A stretch of DNA of 32,000 nt, taken from the NCBI RefSeq assembly GCF_000406145.1, contig NZ_CM001976.1, positions 1,027,263-1,059,262 on the forward strand, read 5' to 3'. The notes beneath the pieces were generated by a model. It searched no databases. It was not told the DNA's origin and was given only the letters and a program-made list of their open reading frames with translations. The translations under genes and the position numbers were made by a program. This document shows positions 16,083 to 25,755 of this stretch, piece after piece. How positions within the stretch are numbered: position 1 is the stretch's first letter; each line of letters begins with the position of its first letter. This stretch comes from Dickeya dadantii NCPPB 898. GTDB taxonomy: Bacteria > Pseudomonadota > Gammaproteobacteria > Enterobacterales > Enterobacteriaceae.

Positions 16083-18992
16083 ATGCGGAAATCTTGTATT
16101 TGGTTAAGCGCCCTGTTGCTGTGTTTCTGGTTTCCGATCAGTCAGGCTGCGGATGGCTGGCAGCCGCTACCCGAGACGATACGAAAGAGTGAGAATGATG
16201 TTCGGCAGTATCAGGCTATACGGCTTGATAACGGTATGACGGTTCTGCTGGTGTCCGATACGCAGGCCACCCGTTCGCTGGCGGCGTTGGCGCTGCCGGT
16301 CGGTTCGCTGGACAACCCTCCGCAGCAGCCGGGTCTGGCTCACTATCTGGAACACATGCTGCTGATGGGGTCGAAGCGCTACCCGCAGGCGGATGGGCTG
16401 GCCGAATTTCTGAAAATGCACGGCGGCAGCCACAATGCCAGCACGGCGTCTTATCGCACTGCGTTCTATCTCGAAGTGGAAAACGATGCGTTGCAGCCCG
16501 CCGTCGACCGGCTGGCCGATGCGATTGCCGAACCGCTGCTCGACCCGGTCAACGCCGATCGTGAGCGTCACGCGGTCAATGCGGAGTTAACTATGGCTCG
16601 CGCCCGCGATGGTTTGCGCATGGAGCAGGTGGAGGCGGAAACCATTAACCCGGCACATCCCGGTTCCCGCTTTGCAGGCGGCAATCTGGAAACCCTCAGC
16701 GATAAGCCCGGCAGTAAACTGCATGATGAACTGGTCAATTTCTACCAACGCTACTACTCCGCCAACCTGATGAAAGGTGTGATTTACGGCAAGTTGCCGT
16801 TGCCGGATCTGGCCGCCATCGCCGCCTCGACCTTCGGGCGGATAGCGAATCGTCAAGCCAGCGTGCCGCCGATTACCGCACCGGTAGTGACCGATGCGCA
16901 GCGTGGGTTGTTTATCCATTATGTTCCGGCGCAACCCCGCAAGCAGTTGAAGATTGAATTTCGGATCGATAACAACAGTCCGGCGTTTCGCAGCAAAACG
17001 GATACCTACATCAGCTATCTGATCGGCAACCGCAGTCAGAACACGCTTTCTGACTGGCTGCAAAAACAAGGGCTGGCTGAGTCGGTACGTGCCAGTTCTG
17101 ACCCGATGTCTGAACGTGACAGCGGCGTATTCAATATCAGCGTTGATTTGACCGACAAGGGACTGGCACAGCAGGACAACGTGATCGCCGGAGTATTCAG
17201 CTATCTGGAAAAGCTGCGCGCGGAAGGGATTCAACCGCGTTATTTTGATGAAATCTCACGCGTGCTGGGTATTGATTTCCGCTACCCCTCTCTTACCCGC
17301 GACATGAGCTATGTGGAGTGGCTGGCGGATACCATGCTGCGGCTGCCGGTGGAATATACCCTTGAAGGGCCTTATCTGGCGGATCGGTTCGATCCTGAGG
17401 CGATCAAGGCCCGATTGTCGGCCATGACGCCGCAAAACGCGCGCATCTGGGTGATAAGCCCAGAGCAGCCCCATAATAAAGAAGCCTATTTTGTTGGCGC
17501 GCCTTATCAGGTAGACAAGATTGGCGATGCGCGGATAGCGCGGTGGCAGAAGATGGCTCAGTCGTTGGCTCTCAGCCTGCCGGTGCCCAACCCCTATATA
17601 CCGGACAATTTTTCGCTGATTGCCGCGGATGCCGCCATCACGCATCCAAAGAAAGTGGTCGATCAGCCGGGGCTGCGCGTGTTTTACATGCCCAGCCGCT
17701 ATTTCGCCAGCGAACCCAAAGCCGATATTACGCTGATGCTGCTTAATCGGATGGCGAACGATTCCGCCCGTCATCAGGTGCTGTTCGCCCTGAATGATTA
17801 TCTGGCCGGCGTGGCGCTGGATGCGCTTAGTTACCAGGCATCGGTGGGCGGCATCAGTTTCTCCACCGGCAGCGATGACGGGTTGATGATGACGGCCAGC
17901 GGCTACACCCAGCATCTGCCGGAGCTATTGCTGACGCTGGTGGAACAATACGCCAACTTCAGCTCGACGGAAGAACAGTTGGAACAGGCAAAATCCTGGT
18001 ACGCCGAACAACTGGATGCAGCCGAGAAGGCCAAAGCGTATGAACAGGCGATGTTCCCGATTAAGGGGCTGTCGAACGTGCCTTACAGCGAACGAAGCGA
18101 GCGGCGCAACTTGCTGAAAGACATTACGCTGCAGGAGCTGATGCAATACCGCAAGGCTTTATTGCAGCAGGCCGCGCCGGAAATGCTGGTGGTCGGCAAC
18201 CTGGAGCAGGACAAGGTGGTCAGCTTGTCGCACAGCCTGCGTGAGCGCCTTGGCTGCGGCGGTACCGAATGGTGGCGCGGGCAGTCGGTCAGCATCAGTC
18301 AATCACAGAGAGCCACGCTGCAACGCAGCGCTGGCAGCACGGATTCGGCACTGGCGGCGGTATATATTCCGGCAGGGTATGGCGAAGTACAGAGCGCGGC
18401 TTACAGTAAGCTGCTGGGGCAGATCATTCATCCCTGGTTCTTTAATCAGTTGCGTACTGACGAACAGCTGGGCTATGCCGTGTTCGCCACCCCGGTTTCG
18501 GTCGATCGCCAGTGGGGGATTGGTTTCCTGCTGCAAAGCAACAGCCAGCAGCCCGCCTACCTCTATCAACGTTATCAGGACTTTTTCGGTAAGGCGGAGC
18601 AGCGCCTGAACGCCATGAACGCAGAGACGTTTGCTCAGAATAAGCAGGGGTTGATCAATGCGCTCAGTCAGCCGCCGCAAACGCTGGATGAAGAGGCGGC
18701 CCGTCTACGTGGCGATCTGGAGCGGGAGAATTTTGCCTTCGATACCCGCCAGCAGCTGATCGGACAACTGGCGTCCATTTCTTCGACGCAGTTAACCGAC
18801 TTTTTCCGCCAGGCGCTGCATCCGCAGGGGCTGGCGATTTTGTCCCAGGTTTCCGGCAGTGCGAGCGGGCAGGCGGACTACGCCCGGCCGTCGGAATGGC
18901 AATCCTATGCCTCTACTTCCGCGCTGCAACGGACGCTGACGCTAAAACCGGTGGAGCAAAAGGTGGAACAAAAACAGACGGAAACGCAGTAA
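16083..18992 (+). CDS. ptrA: Pitrilysin (protease III), M16 zinc metallopeptidase
   Basis: The product is collinear with E. coli PtrA across its whole length. It has the signal peptide MRKSCIWLSALLLCFWFPISQA, the inverted zinc motif HYLEH, and ..RTAFYLEVENDAL..VDRLADAIAEPLLD... ATG 16083 lies 6 nt after GGAG. Confidence 0.95.
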   Translation: MRKSCIWLSALLLCFWFPISQAADGWQPLPETIRKSENDVRQYQAIRLDNGMTVLLVSDTQATRSLAALALPVGSLDNPPQQPGLAHYLEHMLLMGSKRYPQADGLAEFLKMHGGSHNASTASYRTAFYLEVENDALQPAVDRLADAIAEPLLDPVNADRERHAVNAELTMARARDGLRMEQVEAETINPAHPGSRFAGGNLETLSDKPGSKLHDELVNFYQRYYSANLMKGVIYGKLPLPDLAAIAASTFGRIANRQASVPPITAPVVTDAQRGLFIHYVPAQPRKQLKIEFRIDNNSPAFRSKTDTYISYLIGNRSQNTLSDWLQKQGLAESVRASSDPMSERDSGVFNISVDLTDKGLAQQDNVIAGVFSYLEKLRAEGIQPRYFDEISRVLGIDFRYPSLTRDMSYVEWLADTMLRLPVEYTLEGPYLADRFDPEAIKARLSAMTPQNARIWVISPEQPHNKEAYFVGAPYQVDKIGDARIARWQKMAQSLALSLPVPNPYIPDNFSLIAADAAITHPKKVVDQPGLRVFYMPSRYFASEPKADITLMLLNRMANDSARHQVLFALNDYLAGVALDALSYQASVGGISFSTGSDDGLMMTASGYTQHLPELLLTLVEQYANFSSTEEQLEQAKSWYAEQLDAAEKAKAYEQAMFPIKGLSNVPYSERSERRNLLKDITLQELMQYRKALLQQAAPEMLVVGNLEQDKVVSLSHSLRERLGCGGTEWWRGQSVSISQSQRATLQRSAGSTDSALAAVYIPAGYGEVQSAAYSKLLGQIIHPWFFNQLRTDEQLGYAVFATPVSVDRQWGIGFLLQSNSQQPAYLYQRYQDFFGKAEQRLNAMNAETFAQNKQGLINALSQPPQTLDEEAARLRGDLERENFAFDTRQQLIGQLASISSTQLTDFFRQALHPQGLAILSQVSGSASGQADYARPSEWQSYASTSALQRTLTLKPVEQKVEQKQTETQ

Positions 18993-19021
18993 GAGTAAGG
19001 TGCTGGTGAGATTCTGAAATA

Positions 19022-19049
19022 CCTGTGCCGGGATAATGGCCGGCACAGG
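19022..19049. terminator. Hairpin between convergent ptrA and argA
   Basis: CCTGTGCCGG (19022-19031) pairs with CCGGCACAGG (19040-19049). Confidence 0.5.
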
Positions 19050-19071
19050 AAAAGAAGGGGAGCAGTGTGAG

Positions 19072-19101
19072 TAACGCGTGGCGATGAACCACGCGTTATT
19101 T
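19072..19101. terminator. Second hairpin between ptrA and argA, followed by TTT on the + strand
   Basis: TAACGCGTGG (19072-19081) pairs with CCACGCGTTA (19089-19098). Confidence 0.5.
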
Positions 19102-19104
19102 GCC

Positions 19105-20430
19105 TTACAGGTCGATGACCAGAATCTTGGAACGACGCTGGTAGTTGTAAAGCTCCTGCTTGCGCTTCGGCAGCACGGCGACCTCCGCCGGCTGGAAACC
19201 GCGTTCCTGGAACCAGTGGATGCTGTGGGTGGTCAGCACGAACAGGCGTTTGAGTCCCTGCTGGCGGGCCTGTACGGCGATATGGTGCAGCAACTGATCG
19301 CCACGCGACGAGTTGCGGTATTCCGGGTGGACCGCCACGCAGGCCATTTCACCGATACTCTCTTCCGGGAATGGATAGAGCGCGGCGCAGGCGATAGTCA
19401 GATTATCGCGGACCACCACGGTGAATTTGTCTATCTCCATTTCGAGTTGTTCGCGCGAACGGCGCACCAGAATGCCTTGCTGTTCCAGCGGGCGAATCAG
19501 CTCCAGAATGCCGCCGATGTCATTGATGGTCGCCCGGCGGATTTGCTCGGCGCTTTCCATCACGATCTGGGTACCGATGCCGTCGCGGGAGAACAGTTCC
19601 TGCAACAGCGCACCATCTTCCTGATAGCTGATCAGGTGGCTGCGGCGTACTCCGCTGCGGCAGGCTTTTACCGCGCCGCGCAGGAAACGCACAATCTCGG
19701 AGTTATAGTCGCCGGCTTCCTCCAGTGACTGGATGCGCTGTTGGGCTTCGTCCGGCAGCAGTTCGGACACAATGCTGCCTTCGATGTTGGTCACGCCCTG
19801 AGAGGCGCAAAAACCGATCATCTTTTCGGCCCGGAGTTTGATAGCCAACTGGGTGGCGACTTCTTCCGACGTCAGGTTGAAACTTTCGCCGGTGACGGAA
19901 ACCGCTACCGGGCCCAACAGCACGATGGCGCCGCTGTCCAACTGGCGATGCAGCGCTTCTTCGTCGATGCGGCGAATGCGCCCGCTGTGGCAGTAGTCCA
20001 CGCCGTCATCCACGCCCAGCGGCTGGGCAATGATGAAGTTGCCGCTGACCACGTTAATGTGCGCGCCTTGTAGCGGCGTGTTCAGCAGGCTCATCGACAG
20101 CCGGGCGGTGATGTCCAGTTGCAGCATGCCGGCCGCCTGTTTCACCAGTTCCAGCGTGGTGCTGTCTGTCACGCGGGTGTGCTTGTGGTAGCGGGGCTCG
20201 TAGTTATGGGCCATCAGGTTCGCATCGATCTGGGGTCGTGCGCCATAAACCACCACCAGCTTGATGCCGAGACTATGTAACAGCCCGATATCATTGACGA
20301 TTTTGGCAAAATTTTCATGCTCGATAGCTTCGCCGCCGAGCATAATGACAAACGTTTTACCGCGATGTGCGTTGATGTAAGGAACTGAGTGGCGGAAGCC
20401 TTGAACCAGTTCTGTACTACGTTCCTTCAC
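19105..20430 (-). CDS. argA: Amino-acid N-acetyltransferase (N-acetylglutamate synthase)
   Basis: From the GTG at 20430 the product [41 protein letters not shown].. is collinear with E. coli ArgA, which also uses GTG. GAGGG lies upstream. The ORF-track start at 20496 is a 22-codon extension. Confidence 0.95.
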   Translation of the reverse strand: MKERSTELVQGFRHSVPYINAHRGKTFVIMLGGEAIEHENFAKIVNDIGLLHSLGIKLVVVYGARPQIDANLMAHNYEPRYHKHTRVTDSTTLELVKQAAGMLQLDITARLSMSLLNTPLQGAHINVVSGNFIIAQPLGVDDGVDYCHSGRIRRIDEEALHRQLDSGAIVLLGPVAVSVTGESFNLTSEEVATQLAIKLRAEKMIGFCASQGVTNIEGSIVSELLPDEAQQRIQSLEEAGDYNSEIVRFLRGAVKACRSGVRRSHLISYQEDGALLQELFSRDGIGTQIVMESAEQIRRATINDIGGILELIRPLEQQGILVRRSREQLEMEIDKFTVVVRDNLTIACAALYPFPEESIGEMACVAVHPEYRNSSRGDQLLHHIAVQARQQGLKRLFVLTTHSIHWFQERGFQPAEVAVLPKRKQELYNYQRRSKILVIDL

Positions 20431-20441
20431 TGCGAGCCCTC

Positions 20442-20480
20442 TTTGAATTTTTATTCGATATTTTCGTATTTTTATTCCTC
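20442..20480. promoter_or_regulatory. Tandem ARG boxes (ArgR operator) upstream of argA
   Basis: TTTGAATTTTTATTCGAT (20442-20459) has one mismatch to TNTGAATWWWWATTCANW. After the canonical 3-bp spacer comes a weaker box, TTCGTATTTTTATTCCTC (20463-20480, 4 mismatches). Confidence 0.65.
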
Positions 20481-20654
20481 GTAAACCAAAAGGCAAGCGA
20501 TAACTTTTCGGTCTGGCCCGATAGTTCAGAGAAGTCTGCTTATCACAGTAAAAAACATAAAAATGATTTTTGCATGACAGCCCGATGCGTATTAGTTAAA
20601 GTTTTTGACGTTTTTATCAATCTGCCTGATTTCTTTAGCCATTACCGGAGTTGC

Positions 20655-21893
20655 ATGTCTGATCCGAAGCACCATCTGACCCGTCGTCATTTATTACAGG
20701 GCGCCGCCGCCACCTGGTTACTGAGTATCAGCGGCATCGGGCTGGCCGCCGTCTCGCAGGTGCTTGCCGTGCGGGTGTGGCCTTCTTCTTCCTATAGCCG
20801 TGTGACGCTGGAGTCCAGCCAGCCGCTCAAGTACCGCCAGTTCATGCTGGAAAATCCCGAACGTCTGGTGGTGGATATTGAAAACGCCTCGTTGAATAGC
20901 GTGCTGAAAAATGCCGGCCGGCAATTCGAACGGCCGGATCCTTTCATCAAAACGGCGCGTGCCGGGCAGTTTGACAAGAATACCGTGCGTCTGGTGCTGG
21001 AATTAAGGCAGAAGGTCAATCCTAAACTGTTTACGCTGGCGCCGGTCGCCGGCTTCCGAAACCGTCTGGTGATGGATTTGTACCCCGCCGCCGGTCGTTA
21101 CGACGAGGCTGATGATCCGCTGCTGGCGTTGCTGGAGGATTACAATAAAGGCGAACTGGAACGGACGCTGCCGCCGGAAAGGCCCAAAGACGGTAAGGCG
21201 GGGCGCGAAAGACCGCTGGTTATCATGCTTGATCCGGGACACGGCGGCGAGGACCCCGGCGCCATCGGCAAAAACCGGACCCGCGAAAAAGACGTGGTGC
21301 TGCAAATTGCCCGGCGCCTGAAAGCGCTGATCGAGCGTGAGCGCAACATGAAGGTCTACATGACCCGCAATGAGGATGTGTTCATTCCGCTCAAAGTGCG
21401 GGTGGCTAAAGCGCGCAAACAGCGCGCCGACCTGTTCGTCTCTATCCACGCCGATGCCTTCACCAACCGTGCTGCCCGCGGTTCCTCGGTGTTTGCCCTG
21501 TCAAAAAAAGGCGCGACCAGCTCTGCGGCGCGTTATCTGGCGCAAACCCAGAACGAATCTGATTTGATTGGCGGCGTCAGCCTGAGCGGCGATCGTTATC
21601 TGGACAGTACCATGTTTGACATGGTGCAAACCCTGACCATTAACGACAGCCTGAAATTCGGCAAGGAAATTCTGCATCGGCTGGGAAAGGTCAATCATCT
21701 GCACAAAAACAGCGTCGACCAGGCCGGATTTGCGGTGCTGAAGGCGCCGGATATTCCGTCGGTGCTGGTGGAAACGGCGTTTATCAGCAATCTGGAAGAG
21801 GAACGCAAGCTGCGTACCAGCCGTTTTCAGCAGCAGGTGGCGCAATCGATTCTGGAAGGGATCAAAGCCTATTTCGCGGCTCAGGTGCGGTAA
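20655..21893 (+). CDS. amiC: N-acetylmuramoyl-L-alanine amidase AmiC (Tat-exported)
   Basis: ATG 20655 lies after GGAG (20647-20650). The product has the twin-arginine signal [25 protein letters not shown], an AMIN-type N-domain and an amidase_3 domain ([14 protein letters not shown].., SIHADAF). It is divergent from argA as in E. coli. Confidence 0.93.
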   Translation: MSDPKHHLTRRHLLQGAAATWLLSISGIGLAAVSQVLAVRVWPSSSYSRVTLESSQPLKYRQFMLENPERLVVDIENASLNSVLKNAGRQFERPDPFIKTARAGQFDKNTVRLVLELRQKVNPKLFTLAPVAGFRNRLVMDLYPAAGRYDEADDPLLALLEDYNKGELERTLPPERPKDGKAGRERPLVIMLDPGHGGEDPGAIGKNRTREKDVVLQIARRLKALIERERNMKVYMTRNEDVFIPLKVRVAKARKQRADLFVSIHADAFTNRAARGSSVFALSKKGATSSAARYLAQTQNESDLIGGVSLSGDRYLDSTMFDMVQTLTINDSLKFGKEILHRLGKVNHLHKNSVDQAGFAVLKAPDIPSVLVETAFISNLEEERKLRTSRFQQQVAQSILEGIKAYFAAQVR

Positions 21894-21942
21894 TCGCCGA
21901 AAGGCGTACTGTGCCGGGGAGAATTGCCTGAACGACAGGCAT

Positions 21943-21964
21943 AAAAAAACACCCTTTAGGGTGT
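21943..21964 (-). terminator. Rho-independent terminator of the tRNA-fMet operon, possibly bidirectional for amiC
   Basis: ACACCC (21949-21954) pairs with GGGTGT (21959-21964). An A7 run on the + strand gives a U7 tail on the minus-strand transcript. Confidence 0.75.
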
Positions 21965-21972
21965 CTGTTTAT

Positions 21973-22049
<77 letters not shown>

Positions 22050-22091
22050 TCCGTCTTACTTCTTCTTATATGACTGCCTGGTACATCTAAT

Positions 22092-22169
<78 letters not shown>

Positions 22170-22182
22170 TCCGTGGATGCGC

Positions 22183-22210
22183 ACTATACTCCGCGTTCAT
22201 TTCGATGCAA
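22183..22210 (-). promoter_or_regulatory. Sigma-70 promoter of the tRNA-fMet operon
   Basis: On the minus strand: TTGCAT (22210-22205), a 16-nt spacer, TATAGT (22188-22183), then the GC-rich discriminator GCGCATCC. The tRNA 5' end lies about 14 nt downstream of the -10 hexamer. An A-rich stretch lies upstream. Confidence 0.6.
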
Positions 22211-22379
22211 CCTCTTTTTGCAAATAGTTTACGCTTTTGCAGACAGATGGTGAAATTATCGGCGTGATGCCGTTTTTTTAGACTGCCGTATGTCGTTTTG
22301 ATGCGATGCGTTTTATTCTCTCCGCCTGTTTGTTATCGTTCTGCGTGGTTTTACATTCAAGCAAGAAGAGAGCACGGAA

Positions 22380-23534
22380 ATGAAAGGATGGTGGGGGAAA
22401 TACGTGTTGACCGGGGTCGTCATCGCCACACTGGCCGGTTGTCAGACCCGGCCCAGCGATCGTGGTCAGCAATATAAAGATGGCCGTCTTGATCAGCCTC
22501 TGGAATGGGTAAACTCGCCGAACGCCAACGGCAAACCGGTAAATACGGTCGATTTTTCCCAGCAGATCAGCCAGATTCAAGCCTCCTCCCCCGGGCTCTA
22601 TTCCCGTAACGGCGATATTTTTCAGGCCATTCATAACTGGATTCAGGCCGGCGGCGATACCCGCCAACTGACGCAGTTCGGCCTTAGCGCCTGGCAGATG
22701 GAAGGCGTCGATAGCTTCGGCAACGTACAGTTTACCGGTTATTACACCCCGGTGGTGCAGGCGCGCCGCTATCGTCAGGGCGAGTTCCGTTTCCCATTGT
22801 ACGCAATGCCTCGTGTGCGCAAGAACGGCCGTCTGCCGGATCGCGCCGCCATTTATTCCGGCGCGTTGAGCAACGAGCTGGCTATCGCCTGGACCAACTC
22901 CCTGATGGATAACTTTATGATGGAAGTGCAGGGTAGTGGTTATGTGGATTTCGGCGATGGTAGCCCGCTGACCTTTTTTGGCTATGCAGGCAAAAACGGT
23001 CATGCTTACCGCAGTATCGGCAAGGTGTTGATCGATCGTGGCGAGGTGCCGAAAGAAGAGATGTCGATGCAGGCCATTCGGCAGTGGGCCGACCGGCATT
23101 CCGAAGCGGAAGTACGGGAATTATTGGTGCAGAATCCCTCTTTCGTGTTCTTTAAATCGATGGCGTCGATGCCGGTGAAAGGCGCCAGCGCGGTGCCGCT
23201 GGTGGCCAAAGCGTCGGTGGCGTCTGACCGCTCGCTGATCCCGGCCGGCACTACGCTGTTGGCGGAAGTGCCGCTGCTGGATAATCAGGGCAAATTTACC
23301 GGCCAATATGAGATGCGCTTAATGGTCGCGCTGGATGTCGGCGGGGCGATTAAAGGGCAGCATTTCGATATCTATCAGGGGATTGGTTCAGAGGCCGGGC
23401 ATGCGGCCGGGTTCTACAATCATTACGGCCGGGTGTGGGTATTGAAGAATGCGCAGTCTGCCTCTGCCATGCCGCTGCTTAGCGCAGGCAACAGCCGCGG
23501 GACTGGCGGGGGATTGGTCGGTAATCCGAATTAA
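22380..23534 (+). CDS. mltA: Membrane-bound lytic murein transglycosylase A
   Basis: The product has the lipobox TLAGC. It is collinear with E. coli MltA (..DRGQQYKDG.., ..GNVQFTGYYTPV.QAR.., ..VALDVGGAIKGQHFDIYQGIG.EAGH.AG.YNHYGRVWVLK). Confidence 0.95.
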   Translation: MKGWWGKYVLTGVVIATLAGCQTRPSDRGQQYKDGRLDQPLEWVNSPNANGKPVNTVDFSQQISQIQASSPGLYSRNGDIFQAIHNWIQAGGDTRQLTQFGLSAWQMEGVDSFGNVQFTGYYTPVVQARRYRQGEFRFPLYAMPRVRKNGRLPDRAAIYSGALSNELAIAWTNSLMDNFMMEVQGSGYVDFGDGSPLTFFGYAGKNGHAYRSIGKVLIDRGEVPKEEMSMQAIRQWADRHSEAEVRELLVQNPSFVFFKSMASMPVKGASAVPLVAKASVASDRSLIPAGTTLLAEVPLLDNQGKFTGQYEMRLMVALDVGGAIKGQHFDIYQGIGSEAGHAAGFYNHYGRVWVLKNAQSASAMPLLSAGNSRGTGGGLVGNPN

Positions 23535-23575
23535 ATCAGACAGTCCCGTCGTCAGTATATGGTGGCGTGGGGCTG

Positions 23576-24055
23576 TCAGCCGATAAATTTGACCATCGGG
23601 ATGCAGGCCAGTGAGAAGCCCCGCGGCGAGTGGTAGAGGCTGACTTCATCGCCTGAAAATCCCAGCGAGCGGTAAAACGGCGCGGCGTTCAGGCTGGCGT
23701 CGAGCCGGATTTCCACCAGACCCGCCGCGCGAGCCAGCATTTCCAGATGTTGCATCATCCGTTTGCCTACCCCTTGCCCCATCGCCTCCGGGTCGACAAA
23801 CACCGCGTCGATCATGCCGGTGTGAAAATTGATCATTCCCGTTGCCACGATCCGACCGGCGCTCTCCGCCAGGTGGAAATGGTGGGTGACGGTGTTCTCG
23901 AACGTCTCGCTGAGGGTGCCGCTGGTCCAGAGCTGCAGTTGCTCAGCGGTATAGTCATGGCGGCAGCCGTGCAGGATGGCGCGGTTACGGAGATCGAATA
24001 CCGTCTGCGCATCAATTCGGCGGGCTTTACGCAACGTGATTGCGGCAGGTTGCAT
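23576..24055 (-). CDS. GNAT family N-acetyltransferase
   Basis: The 159-aa product carries acetyl-CoA motif A, VFVDPEAMGQGVGKRMMQHLE. ATG 24055 shares its A with the upstream gene's TGA (TGATG), which suggests translational coupling. Confidence 0.8.
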   Translation of the reverse strand: MQPAAITLRKARRIDAQTVFDLRNRAILHGCRHDYTAEQLQLWTSGTLSETFENTVTHHFHLAESAGRIVATGMINFHTGMIDAVFVDPEAMGQGVGKRMMQHLEMLARAAGLVEIRLDASLNAAPFYRSLGFSGDEVSLYHSPRGFSLACIPMVKFIG

Positions 24056-25068
24056 CAATCGGCCCCTGTTGCGGCGTTGTGGTAACGGGCAGCGGAAAGT
24101 ACCGCACTGTTGACCAGATTGGTTGGGTGCCCGACGGCAAATGCCAGCACATTCTCAAACGCGGTTTTAAAATAAAGCTCGTAGCTGTTGCGTTCGACAT
24201 AGCCAATATGCGGTGTGGCCAGCACATTAGGCAGCGTCAATAGCGGTTCGTTTTCCGGCGTCGCGGGTTCGTTGTCGAAGACATCCAGCGCGGCCTGTTT
24301 GCCGGGATGAGTGGACAACTCGCGCCACAGCGCGCCCGGTTCCACCAGTTCGGCGCGGCTGATATTGACGAACAATGAATCTGGCTTCATCAGCGCCAGA
24401 TCGTTCCGGGTTACGCAGCAGCGGGTGGCGTCGTTCAGGCGCAAATGCAGTGACAGCACGTCAGCGCCGGCAAAAAACGCGGCCTTGCTGTCGGCGGCGC
24501 TAAAGCCGTGCCGGCGCGCCAGTTCACGTGACGTCTCGCTGCCCCACACCAGCACCGTCATGCCGAATGCCGCGCCATATCGGGCGATACGCTGCCCGAT
24601 TTTGCCGTATCCCCAGATGCCGAGCGTCAGGCCATGCAGCGTTCTTCCCAATCCCAATGTGCCGTTCTGTTGCCAGTGCCCCTGAGTCAACTGAGTGCTG
24701 TAGCAGGGCAGATGGCGCGATGCCGCCATGATCAAACCCCAGCATAATTCGGCGGGAGCCACCGGTGAGCCGGTGCCTTCGGCGACCGCGACGCCATGCC
24801 GGGTACAGGCGTCAACACTGAGGTGCTGGCTTACTTTGCCGGTCTGGCTGATGAGCTTCAGGTTCGGCAGTTGAGCCAGTAATTCATCAGTAATACGGGT
24901 GCGCTCACGAATCAGCACCAGCGCTTCAACATCTTGCAGCTGCGCCGCCAGTTGGGCGGCATCGGTATAGGTCTGATTCAGAACCTGTACCTGATGACCG
25001 TTCAACAGCGAAAAGCAGTCCAGCTGTCTGACGCAGTCCTGATAGTCATCTAATATGGCGATGTTCAT
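24055..25068 (-). CDS. D-isomer-specific 2-hydroxyacid dehydrogenase family protein (NAD-binding)
   Basis: The product has the Rossmann motif GIWGYGKIGQRIARYGAAFGMTVLVWG and a downstream ..TPHIGY.. catalytic His region. ATG 25068 lies 8 nt after TAAGGA. The ORF-track start at 25077 has no spacing for a ribosome-binding site. Confidence 0.85.
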   Translation of the reverse strand: MNIAILDDYQDCVRQLDCFSLLNGHQVQVLNQTYTDAAQLAAQLQDVEALVLIRERTRITDELLAQLPNLKLISQTGKVSQHLSVDACTRHGVAVAEGTGSPVAPAELCWGLIMAASRHLPCYSTQLTQGHWQQNGTLGLGRTLHGLTLGIWGYGKIGQRIARYGAAFGMTVLVWGSETSRELARRHGFSAADSKAAFFAGADVLSLHLRLNDATRCCVTRNDLALMKPDSLFVNISRAELVEPGALWRELSTHPGKQAALDVFDNEPATPENEPLLTLPNVLATPHIGYVERNSYELYFKTAFENVLAFAVGHPTNLVNSAVLSAARYHNAATGAD

Positions 25069-25090
25069 GCCGGGCATCCTTACTCGTGTT

Positions 25091-25537
25091 TTATTGTGCG
25101 TTGGGGAGGCAGGTCATGATGAATTCCCGCTCGGTCTGGTCGGTAACCCGAAATCCCAGCCGGTGATACAGATGACGCGCCGGATTATTTTTCAGCACGC
25201 TCAGCACCACCGCTTGACCCTGCGCTGATGCCTGCGCGAGCAGTGTTTCGATCAGTTGCTTGCCGATGCCGCGATTTTGAAAATCCGGATGGATCTGAAT
25301 CTGAATCAGATACCAGTGCTGTTCCTGCGGCATGAAGCGATATTTGAACAACCCGGCGGGTTGCCCCTCCACCCGCACGATATGGGCGTGTTCAAATTCG
25401 TAACGAACGCGCCGCATCAGGCTGTCGTGATCTGTCGAGGCGCCAATATCCGCCAGATATTTCCCCATGGTTAGTCTGCGCAGTTGCAGCAGGAAGTCGA
25501 TATCGGATTCGGTGGCGGGGAGCAGTTCAGGATGCAT
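25091..25537 (-). CDS. GNAT family N-acetyltransferase
   Basis: The 148-aa product carries motif A, IQIHPDFQNRGIGKQLIETLL. It ends 22 nt upstream of the dehydrogenase start, so it is probably the first gene of a three-gene operon. Confidence 0.8.
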   Translation of the reverse strand: MHPELLPATESDIDFLLQLRRLTMGKYLADIGASTDHDSLMRRVRYEFEHAHIVRVEGQPAGLFKYRFMPQEQHWYLIQIQIHPDFQNRGIGKQLIETLLAQASAQGQAVVLSVLKNNPARHLYHRLGFRVTDQTEREFIMTCLPNAQ

Positions 25538-25755
25538 GGTTTCCTCCGGCGGCGCGCCGCCTAATAAGCGTCATCAGTTAAAGTGCCACAGCTCCACTGA
25601 GGTCGTCACCTGTCAAAGCGGTAAATAATCAAGGCTGAGTAAACGCTCCCCCCATGTAGAACACCGGCGTGTGGGATTGATTGGCGTTATCCACTGCGCA
25701 AACGGTCCTGACTGGAGTATCATCGCTGCCGTTTGAGATTGAGTGAAGGTGGGCA

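Noticed and set aside
22278-23099. Long antisense ORFs opposite mltA (273 aa). Similar ones lie opposite rlmM (30578-31456, 292 aa), tcdA (25768-26520, 250 aa), tas (5710-6447, 245 aa), ptrA (16587-17915), argA (19078-19728) and lgt (12309-12980)
   Set aside because: Each overlaps a confidently identified conserved gene on the other strand. None has start-site support or recognisable domains.
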